DNA of 64,000 nucleotides from Candidatus Pacebacteria bacterium CG2_30_36_39 (GTDB lineage Bacteria; Patescibacteriota; Microgenomatia; UBA1400; PJMF01), in NCBI GenBank assembly GCA_001873435.1, contig MNZB01000003.1:137789-201788 (forward strand). Reading direction: 5' to 3'. The translations under genes were made by a program, and so were the position numbers. Position 1 is the stretch's first letter. Each line of letters opens with the position of its first letter. Positions 1 to 7,728 of this stretch are shown here, piece after piece. The notes beneath the pieces were generated by a model. It did not search any database and was not told where the DNA came from. It worked only from the letters and a program-made list of their open reading frames with translations.

Positions 1-1694
1 AGATCATCATTTTCATGGAAATTACCTCTAGAAGCAAAAGTTGCTCCACCAGAGCTTGAGATTCTAATATCCTGGGTTCCTGGCAAGTTGCCTTGTTGAA
101 CATTTAAGAAGAACATGAAGTCACCTGTTTCGGGACTGAAAACTGGAATGTAGAAACTATTAGTTGGCATTTCTCTATATATTCTATGAGCTTCTGGTAG
201 TTCAGCGACACTAGATGTTCCTGCTCCTTGTAGAAGAGCAAAGAAATTGTTTTGTGGGCCAACAGCCCAACCTGGGAAGAATCTAGCTACATTTCTTTGG
301 GCATCTGTTTGAGTCCAGCCTTGACCGCCAATATCTGCACCTTGATAGATTTGTAACATTAAATCGGTTATGTAATTGGCTAAATTTTGACCACCATGCT
401 CACCTCTATATAGATCTCTAAGAGAAACTTCACCAATTCCTGGTAAGTTAACTCTTGGTAAGACTATTTGATTACCAGTAGCTGGATCAATTAAGGCAAA
501 AGTACCATCTGGATTTTCAATACCAGGAACAGTTAGATCAGGGAAGCTCTCACCATACATATCTAGTTCAGATTCTGGAGTATTGTGAGCAGATCTCCAA
601 GAGCCTAGTCCTAACTTGTATTCTCCAGCTGCTGTTGGACTCCAGTAAGTTGGATAGTTTTCTCCACCCTCAACATCAGGAAACACCTCTACCAACCCAT
701 CATAAGTATTAGCTCTCTCCACTAGTGCTTGTGAATATTGAAGTCTCTCTTGGTCAGTCATCTCTGCATATGGCTTAGTTACTAATTCTGGAGCTAAACC
801 CCTCTCGCCAGCTGTCCATTGACCAGTCTGACCATCGACATAAGCAACCACCACACCATTAGCATCTAAGGCTACTGGCAAACCATCTGCCCCAATTGCA
901 AGTTGCACCGCTCTATTCTCACATACACTATTAGCTCCATCTAGTGAAATAGTTAATGTTTCTCCTTGATGTCCAGTTACAAAAGAAATCGTAAAATGAG
1001 TACCAGCTGGGTAATCATCGGTTCTTCCCTGTTGTAAAACCTCAACAATAATATTGTTTGATGAAACATCAACTAGTTTCACTGCGCTTGGCGCAGCCAA
1101 TCCCCTATTGAAAATATATTGATTCATTAAATTCCAAGAATTCTCAATAACTGGATCAATAACTGGATCAATAACATTTTCTTGACCAGCATATCTTCCG
1201 TAATCAATACTCAATTCATCAAAAGGCATTGCAGTAGCAGTTTCTATTGGATTACCACCTGCTTCAGTAGCAGGAGGAACATTAGCAGTCTCAGTAGCAA
1301 CAGTAGTAGGAACAATCACATCAGGACCACCAGTTGGGCCACTAGCACAACTAGCCAAGAAGATCATCAAAAAGATCATGGTAACTAAAGTTAAAATTAA
1401 TCTCTTACGTTCTGGAGCAAAACCAACAGTCTGACTATCAAAACTCTTCTTATTAAATCCACTATCTGCTCCAACTGAAGCATAAGCTAGTTGAACATCA
1501 TCTGGCTTAAGTACAGCCTCTAACTTATATAGTTCAAACTGAACCTTTTGCCAGCCAGCAGTAAGAAGTGATTGGATTTCAGACAACCCTACTCCAGCTT
1601 CTCTACCAAACTCTTTTAATTTTGAATCAGCCTTATTCTTTTGAAAAGCAAAACGATCAAAACCTCTTTGTTCTGGAAAATTGTTTTTAGACAT
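1..1694 (-). CDS. Partial CDS running off the window start. Membrane-anchored, probably surface protein: ~100-aa N-terminal cytoplasmic segment, one TM/lipoprotein-like helix (ILTLVTMIFLMIFLASCASG), then a >450-aa extracytoplasmic domain of unknown function.
   Basis: Continuous reverse-strand reading frame from ATG (rc of cat at 1692-1694) to position 1 with no stops. Hydrophobic stretch followed by a Cys. No recognisable catalytic motif. Confidence 0.5.
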   Translation of the reverse strand, partial: MSKNNFPEQRGFDRFAFQKNKADSKLKEFGREAGVGLSEIQSLLTAGWQKVQFELYKLEAVLKPDDVQLAYASVGADSGFNKKSFDSQTVGFAPERKRLILTLVTMIFLMIFLASCASGPTGGPDVIVPTTVATETANVPPATEAGGNPIETATAMPFDELSIDYGRYAGQENVIDPVIDPVIENSWNLMNQYIFNRGLAAPSAVKLVDVSSNNIIVEVLQQGRTDDYPAGTHFTISFVTGHQGETLTISLDGANSVCENRAVQLAIGADGLPVALDANGVVVAYVDGQTGQWTAGERGLAPELVTKPYAEMTDQERLQYSQALVERANTYDGLVEVFPDVEGGENYPTYWSPTAAGEYKLGLGSWRSAHNTPESELDMYGESFPDLTVPGIENPDGTFALIDPATGNQIVLPRVNLPGIGEVSLRDLYRGEHGGQNLANYITDLMLQIYQGADIGGQGWTQTDAQRNVARFFPGWAVGPQNNFFALLQGAGTSSVAELPEAHRIYREMPTNSFYIPVFSPETGDFMFFLNVQQGNLPGTQDIRISSSGGATFASRGNFHENDD

Positions 1695-1987
1695 TTGTTT
1701 TGTAGTTTCTAGGTATATAACCTGTCGCTAATACAAAACTCTTTAACTATATAAAACTATATACTTCAGAGTCTAAAAGACTATTATAATCATTTTTTTC
1801 TTTAAATGCAACCCTTTGTATATCTTCTTATATATTAATATAGGATTGGTGTTAGCCATTAAAACAAAAAAATACCAACAAAACCACTATCCTCATAAGA
1901 CAATATTTAGCAACTTGATTTTTTTCTCCAACTTGGTTAGAATCATCTCTTCAGTTACATTGCTATTCAAAAATAGAGAAAGAACCT

Positions 1988-2155
1988 ATGGGAGCAGTAC
2001 CAAAAAACAAAATCACCAGTGTCGAACGCGGCAAAAGACGCGCCGGCAACACACCAAGCTTAAAAAAAGACACTAAAATTAGTAAAACCCCTTTACACAA
2101 ACAGGGCCTAATGGCTAGTTTCTTAAAAGCTATATCTGGCGAGAAAAAAGCTTAA
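1988..2155 (+). CDS. rpmF: Ribosomal protein L32 (55 aa; below the ORF-track size cutoff)
   Basis: Translation MGAVPKNKITSVERGKRRAGN... matches the L32 N-terminal signature AVPKxKxSxxRRxxRR. Small basic protein. Confidence 0.5.
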   Translation: MGAVPKNKITSVERGKRRAGNTPSLKKDTKISKTPLHKQGLMASFLKAISGEKKA

Positions 2156-2278
2156 GCTTTTTTAACTGGGTTTACTCAAGCAACTCCTGCTTGCATTTTA
2201 TAATTTTGTCCCCTACTCTAACCAGTAGAGACTCTCATATTGAGAGAGTGTTTTTGTTTGTTAAAACAGAAAGTTAAC

Positions 2279-2659
2279 ATGACCGAACAGGCTGATCCGA
2301 GACATGAAAAAAGAGCACAGCTCATGCAAACCATTTTTGCGCTTATGTTCTCAGGAGAAGAAGGCCAAGAATTGGAAGAACTATTTTTTCTTGAAGAAGC
2401 CAGAGAAATAATAGCTTCTTCAGCTGAAATAGACACCCAAATCACTCAGCACGCCCCAGAACGTCCGTTAACCGAGATAAACCAAGTAGATTTAGCCATT
2501 ATGCGCCAAATCATCTTTGAAGCCACACACAAAAACACCCCCAAAAAAGTCTTAATAAACGAAGCAGTAGAACTAGCAAAAGAATATGGCTCAGAAAGCT
2601 CACCAAAATTTGTAAATGGCGTGCTAGGAAAAGTCCTAATGGAGGAAACCAATGAATAA
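2279..2659 (+). CDS. nusB: Transcription antitermination factor NusB
   Basis: NusB-family motifs (ERPLTEINQVDLAIMRQ..., ...PKKVLINEAVELAKEYGSESSPKFVNGVLGKV). Internal ATG (MTEQ...) preferred over the track start at 2240. Confidence 0.8.
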   Translation: MTEQADPRHEKRAQLMQTIFALMFSGEEGQELEELFFLEEAREIIASSAEIDTQITQHAPERPLTEINQVDLAIMRQIIFEATHKNTPKKVLINEAVELAKEYGSESSPKFVNGVLGKVLMEETNE

Positions 2660-2915
2660 CCAAACATTTTTAGAAATACAAGAACTCTTGGCTCTAGCAA
2701 CGGGCCACAACTCACAAGAAATCATGCCAATCACCCAATTAGAGGTAGACCTAGGCATTGACATGGAAGAAGACTTTCCTCGCCTATTGGCTGTTATCAA
2801 CCAAAAATTTGATATCGACCTAGAACTAGACCATGTTCTAGATGAACTAGATGAAGCCGGAGACACAGTCGAACATCTAGTTAAATTGATCTTTGAAGAA
2901 GTAGAACTAGGATAA
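2652..2915 (+). CDS. Acyl-carrier-protein-like small acidic protein. The phosphopantetheine-attachment Ser is replaced by Met (DLGIDMEED instead of DLGADSLD).
   Basis: 87 aa, acidic, alignable to ACP helix II region. Located immediately upstream of rnc as acpP is in Firmicutes. 8-nt overlap with nusB (translational coupling). Confidence 0.6.
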   Translation: MNNQTFLEIQELLALATGHNSQEIMPITQLEVDLGIDMEEDFPRLLAVINQKFDIDLELDHVLDELDEAGDTVEHLVKLIFEEVELG

Positions 2916-2925
2916 AACAATTGAC

Positions 2926-3594
2926 ATGCTACCTAAGTTTAATAATCCAGAACTATTAACCACAGCCCTCTCACATCGAAGCTCATTGAATGAAGCTGAT
3001 TCTGGCACAACAGCCAAAGAATCCTATGAAAGATTTGAGTTTTTAGGCGACGCAGTTCTAGAACTTGTAACCACCGAATTCTTATTTGCCAAATACCCCA
3101 CTGACCCAGAAGGAGTTTTGACTGCATACAGAAGCGCCTTGGTCAAAACCACTACTCTAGCCTCTATAGCCAGAAAACTAGAGCTGGGCAAGATAATGTT
3201 TATGAGCAGAGGCGAAGAAGCCACTGGGGGCCGTGAAAACGAAGGCCTCTTAGCCGACGTATTCGAAGCTGTCATTGGTGGTCTATACCTCGACCAAGGC
3301 TATGAAGTAGTTAAAACATTTTTAAACGAAGAACTCTTCCCTTACTTCGAAGAAATAAAAAGTAAAAAATTATATAAAGACAGCAAAAGCGCTCTACAAG
3401 AAGCAGTTCAAGCCAGCGGCCTATCTACCCCTGAATACAAAGTGATAAACGAAGAAGGCCCAGACCACGAAAAGACATTTACCGTTGAAGTAATAGTAGC
3501 CAATAAAGTAATGGGACAAGGAACTGGCAAGAGCAAACAAATCGCTCAACAAGAAGCTGCCACTCAAGCTTTATCTGCTTTTGAAAAAAAATAA
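2926..3594 (+). CDS. rnc: Ribonuclease III
   Basis: RNase III signature ERFEFLGDAVLEL and catalytic E...DVFEAVIGGLYLD. C-terminal dsRBD (GPDHEKTFTVEV...). Confidence 0.9.
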   Translation: MLPKFNNPELLTTALSHRSSLNEADSGTTAKESYERFEFLGDAVLELVTTEFLFAKYPTDPEGVLTAYRSALVKTTTLASIARKLELGKIMFMSRGEEATGGRENEGLLADVFEAVIGGLYLDQGYEVVKTFLNEELFPYFEEIKSKKLYKDSKSALQEAVQASGLSTPEYKVINEEGPDHEKTFTVEVIVANKVMGQGTGKSKQIAQQEAATQALSAFEKK

Positions 3595-3614
3595 TTAGTA
3601 AAATATCTTTCGTC

Positions 3615-3643
3615 TTGAGAATTTTGACAAAAAGATATACAAT
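3615..3643 (+). promoter_or_regulatory. Sigma-70-type promoter for rpsP-khpA (TTGAGA - 17 nt - TACAAT)
   Basis: ttgaga at 3615-3620, 17-nt spacer, tacaat at 3638-3643. ~90 nt upstream of rpsP, with a possible leader hairpin (gatcttg...caagatt) between. Confidence 0.45.
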
Positions 3644-3736
3644 TCTCCCCTATGATCTTGCTAGCTCGTGCTCCGAGAATCAAGATTGAAGAGGCTAATT
3701 GTATAAATATTAATAAAAAAAGAGAAAAAATAACTT

Positions 3737-4147
3737 ATGTTAAAGATCAAACTCGCTCGTTTTGGTAAAACAAAACAGCCACAATACCGCATCGTTGTTA
3801 ACGAAGCCAAAGACAAAAGAGACGGCAAATATGTAGAACAAGTCGGTCGTTACGTCCCTGCTCAAATTCCAAAAATCTTAGAATTTGAAGTCGAAAAATA
3901 CAACGAATGGCTCAAAAAAGGCGCTCAACCAACTGAAACAGTAGCCAGCCTTTTCACTCGTTACACTTCAGGCAACCCTTTCCCAGCTAGAAAACCTCAA
4001 CTTTCTCGTAAAGCCAAGGCCAAAGCTGAAGCAGCCGCCAAAGAAGCTGAAGAAAAGAAAAATGCCCCAGTTGAAACTGTTGAAACCACTGCTGCTCCAG
4101 AAGCCCCAGTCGAAACTCCAGTTGAAACCGTTGCAGCTACCGAATAA
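3737..4147 (+). CDS. rpsP: Ribosomal protein S16 with a ~50-aa Ala/Glu/Lys/Pro-rich C-terminal extension
   Basis: N-terminus MLKIKLARFGKTKQPQYRIVV is the classic S16 motif. Tail contains PVETV repeats. Confidence 0.9.
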   Translation: MLKIKLARFGKTKQPQYRIVVNEAKDKRDGKYVEQVGRYVPAQIPKILEFEVEKYNEWLKKGAQPTETVASLFTRYTSGNPFPARKPQLSRKAKAKAEAAAKEAEEKKNAPVETVETTAAPEAPVETPVETVAATE

Positions 4148-4169
4148 TTAAGTAAGCACAAAGGAAAAA

Positions 4170-4400
4170 ATGAAAAACTTTGTTGAGTATCTGTTGGTAC
4201 GATTAATCGATCATCCAGATGAACTTCAGGTTACTGAACAAGAAACTGCAGAAGGCTTGTTAATCCAAATCACCGTCAACCCAGAAGACATGGGACGAGT
4301 AATCGGCAAAGGTGGAAAAGTCATCAAATCAGTTCGCAAACTAGTTCAAGTCAAAGCAGCTCGTGACGGCATTCGCGTTAGAGTTGAAGTAGCTGAATAA
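4170..4400 (+). CDS. khpA: KH-domain RNA-binding protein KhpA (YlqC/UPF0109)
   Basis: VIGKGGKVIKSVR GXXG KH motif. Conserved position directly downstream of rpsP. Confidence 0.8.
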   Translation: MKNFVEYLLVRLIDHPDELQVTEQETAEGLLIQITVNPEDMGRVIGKGGKVIKSVRKLVQVKAARDGIRVRVEVAE

Positions 4401-4422
4401 AATAAATTTTATAATGAAAAAT

Positions 4423-4450
4423 AAAACCCGCTCAACAAGCGGGTTTTTTA
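4423..4450. terminator. Bidirectional rho-independent terminator between convergent khpA and pilO
   Basis: acccgct-caaca-agcgggt hairpin followed by tttttt, with an A-tract upstream. Confidence 0.7.
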
Positions 4451-5287
4451 TTGAGAAAAATTAACATCAGTACTAATCTGCTTTTCCAAATCACTCACTG
4501 CCAAACCCTCAATCCCAAATAAATCTGTGTTATCTCCACCAATAATCTCTGTCTGATCCTCAATCTTAGGAGGAGTAAATTTTAAAATATCCTGGAAAAT
4601 AATTTTTTCCTCATCAGTAATCTTTGGCAAAGCTGAAGCCAAAGTCGCAGAAACAGGCTTAGTATAATAATAAGTATTGAGAGTAATATCTGCCCTAGTC
4701 ATCTGATCTCCACTCAACACACTCTTACTTTCACGATCAATAGAAAGACTAGTAATTGTAGTAATAGGCGAAACTCTTTCAATCATCGTCATAAACTCTT
4801 TTACCTGATTCAACTCCCCCACCACACTCAACTCCAATTCAAGTTGATCATAATCAGCAGACCTCTTTTGCTTAATCGGAGCAACCTTTTTATTTGCCTC
4901 CTGATCTGCCTCAGAAACTATTTCCCCAGGATTAATCTTAAATTCTGTAATAGAAACACGTGTCTCATTGGCAACTGAATTCAAATTATTAAGCAACTCC
5001 AACAAAGGCTTATGAGAAGGCAAAATCTCACTCATCCTCTCTGCCTGAGCATATTCATCAGTGTATTTAAGCTGTTGTAATTCCTCTGTTTTCTTCTTTA
5101 ATTGATCTACCTTCTTTTGAGTAGTAGCAATCTTGCTTTGAGTCTGAAAAATAGCAGTTACCTGCGAATAAGTTAGAACCAACAAAACCAAACTAGTAAA
5201 AATTAAAGCACCAGCAATTACCAACTTCCTCCTGGTACTAAGAATCAAATTGAAATTGAGATTACTCAGCTTATTTAGCGTTGGCAT
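4448..5287 (-). CDS. pilO: Type IV pilus assembly protein PilO-like (bitopic, coiled coil then periplasmic domain)
   Basis: N-terminal TM (LVIAGALIFTSLVLLVLTY), coiled-coil segment. Position downstream of pilM/pilN. Confidence 0.55.
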   Translation of the reverse strand: MPTLNKLSNLNFNLILSTRRKLVIAGALIFTSLVLLVLTYSQVTAIFQTQSKIATTQKKVDQLKKKTEELQQLKYTDEYAQAERMSEILPSHKPLLELLNNLNSVANETRVSITEFKINPGEIVSEADQEANKKVAPIKQKRSADYDQLELELSVVGELNQVKEFMTMIERVSPITTITSLSIDRESKSVLSGDQMTRADITLNTYYYTKPVSATLASALPKITDEEKIIFQDILKFTPPKIEDQTEIIGGDNTDLFGIEGLAVSDLEKQISTDVNFSQ

Positions 5288-5843
5288 CAGCTGTCTCCCC
5301 CTGCTTCAATAGCTCTACTGCGATATCAATATTGTAACTGCCATTATCATCTCGACGTAGACCACTCTTATTAATTGCTGAAAACTCTTTTTTCACTGAA
5401 TCAGAATCTAAAGTATCCAGAATTTTTTCTAAGGCAAAAATATTTTCACTAGTCAATCTTAATGAAAGCTGATTCTCTTCTCCGCCATAATTCATACCAG
5501 ACAAAAATACTTGACTACCAAATAAATTAGAAAAATACTCAATCGACTGCTGCTTATTACTTCTATTCTGATAAAGATCTTTAACTGTCTTGAGCTTTTG
5601 CGTAAAAACCAAAAAAGTCATCTCCGTTGATTCCTCATTGAGAATACTAGAAGAATAAGCTTTTTCGCTCTCATTAGTAGCCTTCAACTTATTAGTTGAA
5701 AAAATATTGACACCCACCACTATAGCAAAAACAGCAAAAACCACACCAAAAACCCACATACTATATTTTTCATAAATAGCATCCTTTTCACCAACCTTAG
5801 TTAGGGTAATGCGGCGTTGAGATAAAAAATTAATCTCAGTCAT
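5271..5843 (-). CDS. pilN: Type IV pilus assembly protein PilN-like
   Basis: 190 aa, short cytoplasmic N-terminus, single TM (MWVFGVVFAVFAIVVGVNIF), periplasmic domain. Overlaps pilM/pilO as in pilMNO operons. Confidence 0.55.
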   Translation of the reverse strand: MTEINFLSQRRITLTKVGEKDAIYEKYSMWVFGVVFAVFAIVVGVNIFSTNKLKATNESEKAYSSSILNEESTEMTFLVFTQKLKTVKDLYQNRSNKQQSIEYFSNLFGSQVFLSGMNYGGEENQLSLRLTSENIFALEKILDTLDSDSVKKEFSAINKSGLRRDDNGSYNIDIAVELLKQGETADANAK

Positions 5844-5844
5844 A

Positions 5845-6852
5845 TCATGCTAATTCCCTCATTAATAAACCAAGACAAACAGAATATGTTTGCTGGTTCT
5901 CTTGAGGAATTTCTCCTGTAGCTGAAGCAAAAGGAGCTGAGAAAAGAATTTCTGTGCCTAAGCTTTCTGACAAATACTCAACCAACCCAGGCAGTTGAGA
6001 AGTACCACCAGTAATAACAATTCTAGAAAGAGTATTTTGAGGGAATTGACTTGCAAAATACCTTTGAGCCTTTTGAATTTCATTAGTCAAAGTATTAATA
6101 ACCGGGATTAACGCATTTCTAACTCTACCCTCAAATTGATTTGGATCTAAACCATAAGTTCGCTTATATTGCTCTGCTTGTTGCAAATCTAAACCTAAAG
6201 TCTGTTGTAGAGTTTTAGTTAACAAAGCACCTGCCCCAGAATGAGTAAAAACAAACTGAATCTCACCCTTAAAAATTACCACCACATCCATATTAGTCGC
6301 ACCGATATTGAGAACCATAGTTGGAGGTTCATCTGCCCCAATATCAAGCGAACGTAATAAAGACAAAACATGAGTCTCTAATAAAGTTGGCTCAATACCC
6401 ATAGCAATAAACATGTTGATAAAACGATCAACCAAGCTCTTACGTGTACCAATTAATAAAACCCTCATCTGCTCTTGCTTGCTTTTTTCTGGTCTATAAA
6501 GAACTTTGTATTGCAAAGACAAATCTTCTTTAGGAATTGGAATATGTTGCTCTGCTTGCCAATTAATAGCAGAAGCCAACTCAGCATCAGTCAAAGGAGG
6601 AATGCTAATAACCTTGGAAGAAACAATAGACTCTGGCAAGCTCAATCTAATATCAGCATGAGGAATTTTATTATCAAAAACAATATTATTCACTAATTCA
6701 CCAACCTGCTCAATTTGAAGATCATCAATTGGCATGGCAATCCCATGTGGATTCAAAGTTTCAACCGTTCTTATAATATTGGGTTGTTTTCCAGGATCAG
6801 CTGAAATAACTTTGACGGCATAAGTACCGATGTCGATGGCTGTGGCAGGCAT
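5845..6852 (-). CDS. pilM: Type IV pilus assembly protein PilM (actin-like ATPase fold)
   Basis: N-terminus MPATAIDIGTYAVKVIS (actin/FtsA-like phosphate-1 motif), 335 aa, GGTSQLPGL motif. Confidence 0.7.
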   Translation of the reverse strand: MPATAIDIGTYAVKVISADPGKQPNIIRTVETLNPHGIAMPIDDLQIEQVGELVNNIVFDNKIPHADIRLSLPESIVSSKVISIPPLTDAELASAINWQAEQHIPIPKEDLSLQYKVLYRPEKSKQEQMRVLLIGTRKSLVDRFINMFIAMGIEPTLLETHVLSLLRSLDIGADEPPTMVLNIGATNMDVVVIFKGEIQFVFTHSGAGALLTKTLQQTLGLDLQQAEQYKRTYGLDPNQFEGRVRNALIPVINTLTNEIQKAQRYFASQFPQNTLSRIVITGGTSQLPGLVEYLSESLGTEILFSAPFASATGEIPQENQQTYSVCLGLLMRELA

Positions 6853-6864
6853 GATTTTTTTTAT

Positions 6865-7671
6865 TTAGTTTTTAATAATAGAACTTCCACTGACTAAGGC
6901 ATATTCCATGAACGCTGGTGCGGTAGACAATGTTCTTTTAACTTCAAAAGTACGAGCTTCTTGTCCAGCTAAAGAATTCTGCGCTTGGGAGTTGATCGTA
7001 AACTGACTAGTAGCTGGAGAGCCGACAATTTTAATATCAGTATCATTGTAGACAGGCTTTACTCTAACAAATTGATCTGTTGCAGAAGTAAAAAGTGTAT
7101 ATCCATACTTATACGGAGCTGGACCAACATCATTAGCTATGAAGTTATCTCCCCTTGTACCAGCACCACTACAATTACCAACGGCATAATGCTTGGCTGT
7201 GATATTCCCAGCATCATTTGAATAAACCGAAAGCAACAAAGAAGCACTATCAGCACAAGCAGCTTCTGTAGCCCAATAAAAACTAATACTACCAGCTGCT
7301 GGCACTAATAACTCAGTACTAGTACCCTGCTTTAAGTGAGTTTCCAAAATATTGCTTTTAGTAATACTGTAATTAATATTTGAATTACTTTCTGTAAGAT
7401 CTAGCGAAGCTATTTCTTCAGAAATGCCAGAAACATCATTAGCTTCTTCATGTTGATAGATACTTGCCAAAGCAGCCTCTACACCAGATTCAGCAGCATT
7501 AAATACTCTAGTAGTATCTTCTTGTTGGATAGCAATTTCTGCTTGTTGAGAGGTTCTAGCAGCAAGAGAAAGTCCTAGAGATAGGATGACCACCATGATT
7601 AAGAGGATAATTAAACCTACTTGACCAGATTGTCCTTGCCACTTTGATTTGGATGGGCTTTTCATAGCCAT
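6865..7671 (-). CDS. Pilus-associated protein with pilin-like N-terminal hydrophobic segment. Minor pilin/PilX-like candidate; non-canonical prepilin motif.
   Basis: Basic N-terminus then GQVGLIILLIMVVILSLGLSLAA hydrophobic helix. No Glu at +5. First gene of the pilMNO transcription unit. Confidence 0.35.
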   Translation of the reverse strand: MAMKSPSKSKWQGQSGQVGLIILLIMVVILSLGLSLAARTSQQAEIAIQQEDTTRVFNAAESGVEAALASIYQHEEANDVSGISEEIASLDLTESNSNINYSITKSNILETHLKQGTSTELLVPAAGSISFYWATEAACADSASLLLSVYSNDAGNITAKHYAVGNCSGAGTRGDNFIANDVGPAPYKYGYTLFTSATDQFVRVKPVYNDTDIKIVGSPATSQFTINSQAQNSLAGQEARTFEVKRTLSTAPAFMEYALVSGSSIIKN

Positions 7672-7728
7672 TCCATGATACGAATAATAATCTCAAGAAA
7701 CAAGACTGAATTGCAGCCCAATATTTTT

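Noticed and set aside
1182-1388. 68-aa plus-strand ORF and similar short ORFs in the track (e.g. 2218..2445, 2446..2715, 6475..6696, 8023..8211, 12497..13042, 13281..13682, 20012..20218, 29842..30138, 45539..45775, 61058..61369)
   Set aside because: Each lies entirely inside a long, motif-supported gene on the opposite strand or in another frame. Low-complexity composition. Spurious shadow ORFs.
1816-2076. 86-aa ORF from the track overlapping the rpmF region
   Set aside because: Different frame from the 55-aa L32-like ORF, no motif, AT-rich junk translation. The L32 reading is preferred.
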